Under the pieces are notes generated by a model. That model was not told where the DNA came from. It ran no database searches and saw only the letters and a program-made list of their open reading frames with translations. The translations under genes were made by a program, and so were the position numbers. From Octopus bimaculoides (taxonomy: Eukaryota), in NCBI RefSeq assembly GCF_001194135.2, contig NC_068981.1, forward strand, positions 22,730,386-22,765,811: DNA of 35,426 bases. The letters run 5' to 3'. Of this stretch, positions 9,995 to 20,747 are shown piece after piece. The first letter of the stretch is position 1. Every line of letters begins with the position of its first letter.

Positions 9995-10226
9995 AGGAGG
10001 TGAGCTGGCAGAATCATTACTGTTCTGGGCCAAATGCTAAGCAGCATTTTGTTTGTCTACATTCTGAGTTCAAATTTTGACTTTGCCTTTCATCCTTTCA
10101 GGGTTGATAAAATAAGTACCAGCTGAGTACTGGGGTCGATATCATTGACTTAATTCCCTCCCTAAATTGCTCGCCTTATTCCAAAATTTGAAACTGTTGT
10201 CGTCGTCGGCGGCGGTGGCAGCGGTG
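9991..10226 (+). mobile_element. SINE family D copy 4 (divergent 3' end, GTT/GTC/GGC tail)
   Basis: Same head and core. The 3' end reads ccttattccaaaatttgaaac instead of ccttgtgcctatagtagaaagg. Confidence 0.88.
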
Positions 10227-10330
10227 AATGAGAAATAAATAAATAAATGAATGAGTGTGTTTTTGAATCTTAATTTATTCTAAGAAAAAGTGTAAAACAA
10301 ATGTGTTGCTTTTCTGTAGCCCAACTTAAA

Positions 10331-10410
10331 CTCTTTACATTCTGAATTCAAATCCCATTGAGACCACCATTGCCTTTCATACTCCCAGGGTCAATAAAAT
10401 AAGTACCTGT
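10331..10410 (+). mobile_element. D-like SINE remnant
   Basis: ctttacattctgaattcaaatccc..tgcctttcat..gggtcaataaaataagtacc. Confidence 0.7.
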
Positions 10411-10411
10411 T

Positions 10412-10590
10412 AATCTATGATTGAAAGGCATAACAGTCATGACCATCCATTTTTCTTTTTTTCATTCAGACATAATGCATTGAAAACTACATTATCCAAG
10501 GTGTCCTGTGTTTTTAAAATGACTAAGTGGATCTGAGAGTGATGTTGGGTGTTATTCCTAGCCAGCCAATGACCATGCAGAAGCTTACTC
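10412..10590 (+). mobile_element. Old interspersed repeat family H (unclassified)
   Basis: Shares a degenerate gatttggctgctatttctag-type core with 14195 (-), 19250 (-) and 22340 (+). Confidence 0.4.
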
Positions 10591-11296
10591 ATTGATTTAC
10601 AAAAAAGTAAAGAAAAAACCCTTTGCACTACTATTAAAGATTATTAATACTGGTTCCTGTTAGCTTTGAGGATTGTGTTTCTATGAAATAATGTCAGAAT
10701 CCTAAATATCTGTCCAATTATTATTATTCTCTGAGTGCAAAGAAAAGGGCAGATTGTTGTTTTACATTATAATATAGTTTATGCTGCTATAGTCAGACTA
10801 AGTGGCATTTTGATGTTAGAGAATGTGTAACAATAAACAAAGACAACAACTAAACAATACTATAATACACAAACAATGCAACGGAGAAAAGCAAAACATT
10901 AACTGCTTGATGTGAAACTAAGCACATTTTTTTTTTTCTTAGTAGAAACGTCATGTTAGAAACTTGGCTACAGCAGAAACTAACAGTAACTAGGCTTATA
11001 TATAAAAATGTGTGTGTGCAGACACACAGCTATACTGTTCTTGTATGTACACACATACAAACACATTTATTTATTAAAGGAGTCTTGTTTTTGTTGAAGA
11101 TTTTATAGAATTAAACTGTCCCTGGGGCTTATAGTATTCTCAGTACAGTAAAATCATGTTTCAAAGTTTGGTTAATCTGAAGAAAGTGATGTCCTTGTTT
11201 AAAATTTATATATGGTAACAACAGCTAAACCTTAGTTCATGCAGTCACCCTAGCACATGAAAATAAATATTCTTACACACTCGTGTGTGCATACAT

Positions 11297-11328
<32 letters not shown>

Positions 11329-11718
11329 GCACAGAAGTAGCTGTGTGGTAAGAAGTTTGATTCCCAACTACATGGTTCTGGGTTCAGTCCCACTGCGTGG
11401 CACCTTGGGCAAGCATCTTCTACTATAACCTTGGGCTAACCAAAGCCTTGTGAATGGATATGGTAAACGGAAACTGAAAGAAGCCTGTCATATATGTATT
11501 TGTTATTTGTGTCTGTGTTTGTCCCCTCCCCATCACTTGATAACCGATGTTGGGGTGTTTGAGTCCCTCTAAATTAGTGGTTTGGCAAAAAGAGACTGAT
11601 AGAATAAGTACTAGGCTTGCAAAGAATAAGTCCAGGAGTCGATTTGTTCGACTAAAGGTTGTGCTCCAGCATGGCTGCTGTCAAATGACTGAAACAAATA
11701 AAAGAATAAAAGAATAAA
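11329..11718 (+). mobile_element. SINE family B, near full length
   Basis: tRNA-like head (tagctgtgtggtaag...gggttcagtccc), internal (TA/TG) patch, 3' half and (aaaagaat)n tail. Inserted in a (CA)/(TA) microsatellite. Confidence 0.93.
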
Positions 11719-11877
11719 AATATGTATGTGTATATATGTATATATATATATAATACACATATATATATATTATTGTGTCTGGGGAGAGTCATTCTCTTTT
11801 AGTGCCTTATTATTTAACACATTCACCAGTTCGATTTCCTGTCATTTACATATTTATTTTTCTTAAAACTTTCAATG

Positions 11878-12367
11878 CAAATCGAAATCGAACCAAATTT
11901 GATGACTGGCACCCATGCCAACTTCTCCTTCATTGGAATCTAAACTCTGCTTGCGACAGCCAGTTGGGGCAAGTGAAATAGAAATCGAAATCGTAATTGA
12001 ACCATATTCGATAACTGGCACCTTGCCAGTGGAGCACTAACAGCACCATCTGAGCATGATCATTGCCAGAGCAGCTGTCTGGCTTCTGTGCCAGTGGCAC
12101 GTAAATAGCACCATTTGAGTGTGATCGTTACCAGCGTCACCTTATTTGCACTTGTGCCGGTGGCACGTGAACAAAACATTCGAGCAAGGTCGTTGCCAGT
12201 GCCGCTGGACTGGCTCCTGTGCAGATGGCATGTAAAAAACACCATTTTGAGCATGGCTGTTGCCAGTACTGCCTGACTGGCCCTCATGCTGGTGGCACGT
12301 AAAACCACCCACTACACTCTCAGACTGGTTGGCGTTAGGAAGGGCATCCAGCTGTAGAAACTCTGCC
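11878..12367 (+). mobile_element. Retroposon family A, longest copy, with tandem ~65-bp units, 3'-truncated
   Basis: Units start at 12025, 12090, 12156, 12221 and 12288. The sequence stops at gaaactctgcc with no (GAT)n tail. Confidence 0.88.
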
Positions 12368-12603
12368 CACTCCATGAAGAACCCTCAGAAGTTTTGGCAA
12401 AGTGTTAAATAGTTGTGGACCCTTGAAACCCAAGCTATTGGAGTACATGGTCCTCAATCCAGACAGGATAACTGGGACCTTGGAACAGTGCAGTGACGTC
12501 CAGTTTGGGGACTGGTATAGCTCTCAATACCTAAGTTTGGTGCCAGCCTCTCCAGGATCTTCTATATGTATATCACTGCATACCTCTCCTGCCTTCACTG
12601 TAG
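12368..12603 (-). mobile_element. CR1/L2-group LINE, decayed ORF2 C-terminal fragment
   Basis: Minus translation LQ*RQERYAVIYI*KILERLAPNLGIESYTSPQTGRHCTVP / GLRTMYSNSLGFKGPQLFNTLPKLLRVLHG matches the typical end of invertebrate CR1-like RT ORFs (LERRRERY..IY.WKI, GP.LFN.LP). It has two stops and a frameshift. Confidence 0.8.
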
Positions 12604-13540
12604 GAAAACCATCACCCACTATTTCATTAATATGTTTTGTTGGTGCCCAGATAATTGTAAGCAGCTATAGATATCCTCTTCACTTTTGCTTCTTGATCTA
12701 ACAGAGCATCAGATGTGATAGCTGGAGGAGAAAATTGCTTTCTAATACTTGATGAATACTTTATTTTGGCCAAGGTAAATTTGACCTTGGTAGAATGGAT
12801 CTCATCTCAAAATATAAAGAACCAGAAATATCACCACACATTTTGTCTGATGCTCAAACGATTCTGCCAATTCTGCACTATTGTAACATGTACATATAGT
12901 CATAAAAATAATACATACATTGACAGAAAAATGGCTATCTCTCTCTCTCTCATGCACACACATATACATACAGTCACATAGGACAGGAAACTATTCAACT
13001 CTCCGTATCCTGATAAATAATTAAAATGCGATTGGAATCTAAACAGTGTGAGTCATCATCTAACAGAAAACATTGTCATCTTGCCAAAATAAAATATTGT
13101 CAATTTACAAGAATTAGTAACCTAATTTACAGACTTGCTAATGAAGTGGATAACTGCTGCTTAAGAATCTAACATGACTGGAGGCTGCTTGAAATATTTG
13201 GCAGTGCTAGTTGTATATTTGAATGAAGTTTTTAAATTTGTGTCACCATGTTTAATGCAGCAAATGTTAAAATGCTAGCAGAAAGTAATTATGCAGTGAG
13301 GTGAACACGCAATATTAGACATTCTAAATATCATTTGAATTATGTTAGTAAATATGGGGGATAACTTTGAACATGTTTTGGTGTTATTATGACCTGCCTC
13401 ATCAGTGAAACATAGGCTCAGCTGTAGCTGCTAAAGTAGTGATGAGGAAGCATCACCAAGGGTATAAAAAATTTGTGAATAAATAACTTAGATGCTTCCT
13501 GTATGACAAGTAATAATTAGTTGTTGTAAACTACTGCAGT

Positions 13541-13770
13541 AAAACACTTTTGTCATCATACTTCTCTTGTAATGCACTGTTTTTATTTCGATTAATATCT
13601 TAATATAATGAAGAATTTAGTAAAATAGCTTCCTTGTTATTAAGCTGCTGGTTGAAACATGAATTAACATGAAATTTTTATGGAACATTTTAATTTAAAT
13701 CACTTCAAACAGGAAATTTCTATCATAGAACTGGGGAAGCACTCAGGTGGGTTGGTACCAAATGTCTTAA
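13541..13770 (-). mobile_element. TTAA/CCCTTT MITE family 2, degenerate near-complete copy
   Basis: Reverse complement aligns with 29468-29675 (taccaacccac.tgag...aaaatttcatgttaatt.atgtt.caa). Both ends are decayed. Confidence 0.7.
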
Positions 13771-14194
13771 CACCTAACTGTTAATTTTCATGGAAATGGC
13801 ATCACTGAGTTATTTAATTCTGTAAGCAATATTTTAAATTAGATTGGTTCCATTTAGAAACTTTATTGGGTATGACATTAGATATTACACATGTTGATGA
13901 AAATTACCCAACCATTGAGTTAGTTAAAGAACCACTTCTCAGAGTACACCGTGTTCTTGTACTCTCTGTTGCTAACAAGAATTTGGGTGTTTGATATTTT
14001 GACTTATAGGATTTTGATTTGAATTGGAAGTTGATCCTTAGTATATAAAAGTTCACAATAATAATTGCTTCTGTTCAATAATTAATAAATTAGTAGTAGA
14101 AGTAGCAGTGATAGTGGTAATCTTACTATTGGTTTGTTATGTTATTGGTAGCTTCACAGTATGACTTAATATTGGTGTGAAGAAGAAACAATCT

Positions 14195-14270
14195 TGTCAA
14201 TTGACCTCTTAGAAATAGCAACTAAATCTCCCACACTATTGTCTTTATAAGTGGATGATATGGCCTGAGA
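14195..14270 (-). mobile_element. Family H remnant
   Basis: gacctcttagaaatagcaactaaatctccc, compare ctagaaatagcagccaaat at 19257. Confidence 0.45.
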
Positions 14271-14564
14271 CACACTTAAAATAAAAAGACAAAACAAAAC
14301 ATTTAGAGTATTGTTGATTTTAGCTTTGCTTGATCAATGACATTTCATACTTTTGATCTAGTACTACACCAATACAAGGTATGTAAGTGATCCGATATAG
14401 AGGAGTTAATACGAAAGCTGGTGTCATGAGAAAACTGAATGGTGAATTGAATAGAGCTGACATAGGTTTGAGAGGACTCTTTAGTCTTGCTAAAGAGCAT
14501 GTCAATCTCTCTAGTACTGGTTCCATGAAAAAATGCACCCTGGACAGTCTGAATTGGTTTCTGT

Positions 14565-14697
14565 TGCAGTTTGCCCTTTCTAACGCCATGTGAAAATAGA
14601 TATTTAAGCAAAACTTGGTTTGCCAACCCTGTAGATCCTTTTGAACCATCTAACCCATGCCAGCACAGAAAGTGGATACAAAATAACGATGATGATT
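14565..14697. mobile_element. Degenerate A/E-type remnants in opposite orientations
   Basis: ggtttctgttgcagtttgccctttctaacgcca (minus-type core) followed by ccatctaacccatgccagcacagaaagtgga..gatgatga (plus-type 3' end). Confidence 0.45.
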
Positions 14698-15387
14698 GAT
14701 ATCAGAGTGAGAGAAACTACTTTTGTCTACCACACAGTTAAACTATATGTATATTTATTCAGAATAATGCAGAACTAAAGTGCTTGTGTATGTGTGTATA
14801 TATATGTATGTATAGGTGTGTGCACATGTGTATGTGCAAATAATCTTTTACTCAACCTCTCAGATTTGTGTGAATACAAAGATAATTTTGTATGAATGCA
14901 TGATTATATCACTTTTGAATGCATTTGCGTGTATGTATGTGTGTGTGTGTGTTTCTTTCATGAGAAAATCTTTAAAAATAAAAAATAAATAAGGTAGCTA
15001 AATTAGGCTAGACATGATGAAAATCAGACAGTGAATTGATAACAACAACAACAACAGCTATAATAACAACAGTAAGAACACCAAACTAAACAATAGATAA
15101 TTCATCATGTCTTCTTTTTTCTCTTTTGTTACCTCAGTTTTTTTTTATAGCTTTTATTTGCATGACATTTTCTTCCCAGTTTTTTTGTTTTATATTTTTA
15201 TAATTCATTATTCAAATTTTCTGTTTTGTTTTGATACCTCCATCCCTAACTTCTTAAATTGCTTAATCTTTTCTCCAGAATAATATATAGTGTTAAAGAA
15301 AAAAAAACGAACTAAGTTTTGAAATTCTGCTATTATTTATACATAAAAATAAAGTTAATGGCTCATAGTTTGGTTTCAATGATGATT

Positions 15388-15520
15388 ATACCAGTTGTTT
15401 GCTCAACTACCTACTCATTGAATTCTTGTGTAAGTGGCTGAATATTCCTTGGATTAGCATAATCAGCAAACAGAACCAGCATGACACAGTGTGACTAAGT
15501 TGCCCTATTGAATAACTCGT
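15388..15520 (-). mobile_element. SINE family F remnant
   Basis: Reverse complement gaatattcagccacttacacaagaattcaatgagtagg...caactgg parallels 8399-8460. Confidence 0.5.
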
Positions 15521-15614
15521 GCAATCTGTCTATGTTTCCCTTGTTCATTTCTTATCTTATATGTTTGTATAGCATTCTTGGACAATGTATACAATAAAGC
15601 TCATTATGATATAT

Positions 15615-15850
15615 ATCATCATCATCATTTAACGTCCGCTTTCCATGCTAGCATGGGTTGGACGATTTGACTGGGGACTGGCGAACCAGATGGCTACACC
15701 AGACTCCAATCTGATCTGGCAGACTTTCTACAGCTGGATGCCCTTCCTAATGCCAACCACTCCGAGAGTGTAGTGGGTGCTTTTTACGTGCCACCGGCAC
15801 AAGGGCCAGTCCAGCGGTACTGACAATGGCCATGCTCAAAAGGTGTTTTA
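15615..15850 (-). mobile_element. Retroposon family A, 5'-truncated
   Basis: (catc)n tttaacgtccgctttccatgctagcatgggttggacg..., ending in a (TA)n run next to the gap. Confidence 0.93.
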
Positions 15851-15871
15851 TATATATATATATATATATAT

Positions 15872-16811
15872 NNNNNNNNNNNNNNNNNNNNNNNNNNNNN
15901 NNNNNNNNNNNNNNNNNNNNNNNNNNNNNNNNNNNNNNNNNNNNNNNNNNNNNNNNNNNNNNNNNNNNNNNNNNNNNNNNNNNNNNNNNNNNNNNNNNNN
16001 NNNNNNNNNNNNNNNNNNNNNNNNNNNNNNNNNNNNNNNNNNNNNNNNNNNNNNNNNNNNNNNNNNNNNNNNNNNNNNNNNNNNNNNNNNNNNNNNNNNN
16101 NNNNNNNNNNNNNNNNNNNNNNNNNNNNNNNNNNNNNNNNNNNNNNNNNNNNNNNNNNNNNNNNNNNNNNNNNNNNNNNNNNNNNNNNNNNNNNNNNNNN
16201 NNNNNNNNNNNNNNNNNNNNNNNNNNNNNNNNNNNNNNNNNNNNNNNNNNNNNNNNNNNNNNNNNNNNNNNNNNNNNNNNNNNNNNNNNNNNNNNNNNNN
16301 NNNNNNNNNNNNNNNNNNNNNNNNNNNNNNNNNNNNNNNNNNNNNNNNNNNNNNNNNNNNNNNNNNNNNNNNNNNNNNNNNNNNNNNNNNNNNNNNNNNN
16401 NNNNNNNNNNNNNNNNNNNNNNNNNNNNNNNNNNNNNNNNNNNNNNNNNNNNNNNNNNNNNNNNNNNNNNNNNNNNNNNNNNNNNNNNNNNNNNNNNNNN
16501 NNNNNNNNNNNNNNNNNNNNNNNNNNNNNNNNNNNNNNNNNNNNNNNNNNNNNNNNNNNNNNNNNNNNNNNNNNNNNNNNNNNNNNNNNNNNNNNNNNNN
16601 NNNNNNNNNNNNNNNNNNNNNNNNNNNNNNNNNNNNNNNNNNNNNNNNNNNNNNNNNNNNNNNNNNNNNNNNNNNNNNNNNNNNNNNNNNNNNNNNNNNN
16701 NNNNNNNNNNNNNNNNNNNNNNNNNNNNNNNNNNNNNNNNNNNNNNNNNNNNNNNNNNNNNNNNNNNNNNNNNNNNNNNNNNNNNNNNNNNNNNNNNNNN
16801 NNNNNNNNNNN
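15872..16811. other. Assembly gap (N)
   Basis: Run of N flanked by (TA)n on both sides. Confidence 1.
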
Positions 16812-16836
16812 TATATATATATATATATATGTATAT

Positions 16837-17242
16837 CAGGCACATGCTGTCAGTAACTACTCAGGGTAGGCAGTTGGTGACATTTATGTAGTAAAACACA
16901 GACAAAAAAAAAGCAAAACCCAGGTGTGTGACTGAGTTGGAGGCAGATTTACTCCTGCTTTTATAGTGCATAAAGAAAACGTTGTAGGAATGTATGAAGC
17001 ATGTGTGCCACAGCATTACTATGTGTAGCTTTAATACTGTGATTGAAAGGCAGGAGTGAATTATGCCTGCCTAATCTACAAAGCAATAAGATATTTTGCA
17101 TTTTCTGCATAGTAATCAGAGTGACCTTCATAGTTTTATTGAATTATGAGCATATTTTGCCATAAAAGAAAAATGTTACTATCGATCTATTTTATTGAGG
17201 GTAGGCACTGCCTACCTTCCCTACCCTGGTGGCACGTGCCTG
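16837..17242. mobile_element. Unclassified TIR element (MITE-like)
   Basis: 20-bp inverted repeat with 1 mismatch, including flanks: tatgtatatcaggcacatgc (16828-16847) and gcacgtgcctgatatacata (17232-17251). A gggtaggca motif occurs near both ends. Non-coding interior, inserted in TA-rich microsatellite. Confidence 0.65.
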
Positions 17243-17244
17243 AT

Positions 17245-17300
<56 letters not shown>
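17243..17300. repeat. (TACA)n/(TA)n microsatellite
   Basis: Direct reading. Confidence 0.95.
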
Positions 17301-17303
<3 letters not shown>

Positions 17304-17479
17304 AGAATTTACGAAAAAAACAACAACAGACAAGGACAGGTGGTGTAAACAACAAAAGGATGTATTAGTTTAATGCTCGGGAATAGAGAAAGTCTTTAAT
17401 GTTTCGAGCTACGTTCTTCAACAGAAAGAATAAGGAGAAAAAAAAATTTTAATGTAGTGGTTAGCGATCTATCATGGCG

Positions 17480-17653
17480 ATATACACACACACACACACA
17501 CACACACATACACATGCACACATTCACATGCAGTGACTGACATAAACATTACCACACGCAGATACACATTTTCATTTTCTATCACTTTTCTGCATGCATG
17601 CATGCATACATACATTTGCACACTTTATTTCATATTAGTGACTTTTACTCCCA

Positions 17654-17695
<42 letters not shown>

Positions 17696-17905
17696 CACAC
17701 AAATACTCATACATTACACTTTTAAATACACCTTGTCATTTTCTATCATATTTTTACATGTATTCATGCTTATCCACACTTTGTCTTCTAAGTGCACTTG
17801 TATTCTTGCACACATGCACACACACACACAAATACACACACACACACACACTCTCTCTCTCTCTCTCTTTCTTATACATACACACTTGCTATTTTACATA
17901 CACAC
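17480..17905. repeat. Cluster of (CA)n, (TA)n and (CT)n microsatellites
   Basis: Direct reading. Source of spurious ORFs 17533..17943 and 17598..17912. Confidence 0.85.
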
Positions 17906-18639
17906 ATTTTAATGTTTTTTTTAAACAATATATTTCTAAGTAAATCTCCCATCCCTATATGATTCTCTAAAATTGGTCAAGATAAAACTGAACAATTCTG
18001 TAGAAAACAGGAATTATACTTCACTGATGTTTAAAAAACACCACACCCCTTTCTAAAAATTAAAAGGAAATAAAAAAAGAAAAGAAACCACAACAGGAGC
18101 AACTGTCATATCTACTACTAACAACAACAACATTAACATTGTAGCCAATCAGAAAACAATCAACAATACATCCTTTCATAAAATCACTTTTCATTTCCTT
18201 CCATAGTTGAAAATAATCAGATAAGTAAATAAATAAAATCAAGCAAAATGAAAATAAAACATAAATGAACTACAAAAAATATCAAGATATATATGTGTAT
18301 GTGTGTATTAAATTTATCATCCAACTCACTAAAAATATCCTACTCACTAAAACTATCAAGATATGTTTATACATAACCAACTTTGGGGCGTAGTGAATAT
18401 GTGTTTAGAGTACTAGATTCATTATTGACATGAATTATTTTGGCAAGGGATGATTTTTGGGTATTTCTCCTGATCCACCCTATCTCTTTTTGTGTCCATT
18501 GCCTATAAACAATTTTATTCCTTATCTGCCAGTTTCTTGCCAGATGTCCAGCATTTTTGTCAGTTCTTGTTCAACTTTGTTAGTCCCCCCCCCCCCAGAT
18601 CTTTTTGGATTGTCTTTTTTTTTTTTTTCCTAACCTGAT

Positions 18640-18822
18640 CTTTCTCAGTTTCCAGTCATCTGTGAAAAGCATGTCTGGCCTTGTGGAAATACGACCTTGT
18701 CTGGAAACAGGCGAGGATTGGTGACAAGAAGGGCTTCCAGCTGGTCATGGAAAATCTGCCTCAACAAATTCCATGTCATTCATGCAATTATGGAAGAAAG
18801 TAGGTGTTTAGATGTTAAAGTG
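18640..18822 (+). mobile_element. Family E copy
   Basis: ttccagtcatctgtgaaaagcatgtctggcc..ggaaacagg.gagg.ttggtgacaagaagggcttccag..gaaaatctgcctcaacaaatt. Confidence 0.7.
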
Positions 18823-19249
18823 ACGTGTGTGTGTGTGTGTGTGTTCAGAGATGCATTTTAGCAAAAAATGCAAACAGCAAGAAAATTCAAAATCTGGTGC
18901 CATTAAACAAAGTACTTTTGGAGAATTCTACACCAACTATACTCCCTTGTCACTGCCATTATTGTAAATGCAGTGAACCACTGACTGGTCCATTGAAAAC
19001 CTGTAACCAATGGAAGTACTGCTCAGCAATTGGGTAAAATAAATAAATATATAATAATGACAAAGTTCAATCAATATTTGACCTAATATGAACAAAAATG
19101 TTAATGAACGGAAACAAAAGGAATTATTTCATGAGTATTTGAAAGTATGTTGTACAACTATCAAATAACTGAAAGATATTGTATTTCTGTGTATGAATGT
19201 TTGATTGTATTTCAATTGGACCAACAAAGGAATTGCTGTGTGGTCTTTT

Positions 19250-19335
19250 GATATACTAGAAATAGCAGCCAAATGTCTCTGAAACCATATCCTACCATTT
19301 TAAATGAAATTATATAGATTGGGTAATGTAATAAG
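19250..19335 (-). mobile_element. Family H remnant
   Basis: ctagaaatagcagccaaatgtctctgaaaccatatcctaccatttt. Confidence 0.45.
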
Positions 19336-19477
19336 GTGCACATTATTTCTGACAAAAAAGTGTAATGGTTAAGGCTGGAATACTTGCGCTTATAAGTTTG
19401 CTTGATCAGTGCCAAGTAAAAGCCAAACAAGCAATAGTATATTTCTATTATATTTATCGTGTCATTGTCCTATGATT

Positions 19478-19620
19478 AATAAGTTTGCCTCACATCCATG
19501 TGGTTCCTGGTTCAATAACATAATGTGACTCCTTGGACATGTGTTTTCTGTTGTATCTTCAAGTTGACTCATTGTGAGTGAAATTTTTTAGACAAAAATT
19601 ATGAAGAAACCTGTTGTATA
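19478..19620 (+). mobile_element. Old, degenerate family B 5' half
   Basis: aagtttgcc..catgtggttcctggttcaat..ccttggacatgtgttttct..ttgtgagtgaaat..gaagaaacctgttgtata. Confidence 0.55.
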
Positions 19621-20328
19621 ACTTAATATTTGTTAATTTTTGCAAGGAAAGCATTGACAGTGACTTCAAAGTTTCTGCATACTAGCCCATCATCTAATAA
19701 TCTTAAGATTTGAAATCACTATCCACCTTTTCCCTTGTGCGCATGCAAAAATAGTCAGGTTAGTTTGGGTTATGCATATTGTAAGAACATTGTAGTGTTC
19801 AAAATTACAGCATTCAAATATATAAATATATGTAAAATTGCTGATTGATGTCTAAATTTTTGGTAAAAAAAAAAAAAAAATGTATATATTCCTAATTTTC
19901 TGAAAAATCGTTCAGATAAAAAAAAAGCATATGAAAATCAATATAAAGAAGGAAAGAAATTCAGTTTTATGTTTTCCAAGTTTATTGGCTTGTATCAGCA
20001 TATGCAAAAAAAGAAATGAAATGTTTTTTACTTTTTTAAATATTGTAAAAGAGTTGTTCTGTTTGATTTGTTTCTTTACTCTTCTCTTTGTGCATGACCC
20101 TATAGCAATTGAGTGCATTTTCAACTTGTCTTCTGACTAGCATAGTTCTCTACATTATTCTTTTAAGATCTCTGCTCACATCTAGGATGGCATATAGAAA
20201 TATTAAAACAACTCCACGACTTGAGTGGTACTTTATTTTATTGACTCCCATTTAAACATCTTTTCAACTATCAGCATTAGATCTTCAGATGAGTGGTCCA
20301 TTTCTTCATGGTTCTTTTCTCCGGGTAA

Positions 20329-20451
20329 CAGCTGGATGCCTATCCTATCAGCAACCCTCACTTGTTTCCAAAGTAATATTTCCCTATACCTGGACATATT
20401 TTTTATAGAAGACTGGAAACAAAGAAGACTGCTTGTATGATAGTGACACTC
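20329..20451 (-). mobile_element. Family E copy
   Basis: cagctggatgcc..caaccctcacttgtttcca..gaagactggaaa..ctgcttgtatga is the reverse complement of the 6222/18640 segments. Confidence 0.7.
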
Positions 20452-20520
20452 AGTTTTATTTATCACATGATATCCAGATAATTAGACATAAACACACTCA
20501 TTCATGCACATTTACACATA

Positions 20521-20563
<43 letters not shown>

Positions 20564-20566
<3 letters not shown>

Positions 20567-20682
20567 AGGCTTCTTTCGGTTTTCATCTTCCAAATCTACT
20601 TGCAAGGGGTATTGCAGGAAACATCTGCCCAAGGTGCTCTACAGTGAAACAACCCAAAACTATGTAACTGGAAAGCAAATTT
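20564..20682 (-). mobile_element. Family B 5' half, degenerate, internally deleted
   Basis: ggcttctttcggtt..ccaaatct..caagg..gcccaaggtg..cagtg, abutting (CA)n at 20521-20563. Confidence 0.65.
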
Positions 20683-20709
20683 AATCAGAGCCATCTGCCT
20701 GTCTGTCTG

Positions 20710-20747
20710 TATTAATATTTAGTGGAAACTTCCACTAAATATTAATA
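20710..20747. other. Perfect inverted repeat, 18-bp arms, 2-nt loop
   Basis: tattaatatttagtggaa-ac-ttccactaaatattaata. Confidence 0.97.

Noticed and set aside
9226-12310. CRISPR-like or phage-like arrays (D tandem array; 65-bp units)
   Set aside because: No identical short repeats with unique spacers and no cas genes. The context is eukaryotic and the units are SINE/retroposon parts.
12402-12701. 99-aa plus-strand ORF
   Set aside because: It is largely the antisense of the decayed CR1-like LINE fragment.
8935-12790. Short hairpins (aagtttca/tgaaactt near 8935, ctatcaac/gttgatag near 9155, ccaaggt/accttgg near 12770)
   Set aside because: 7-8 bp stems are within chance expectation, and intrinsic terminators are not relevant in this eukaryotic context.
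12630-12812. Open minus frame DEIHSTKVKF...AAYNYLGTNKTY
   Set aside because: Non-canonical-looking acceptor context (gag), no good donor and no recognisable homology.
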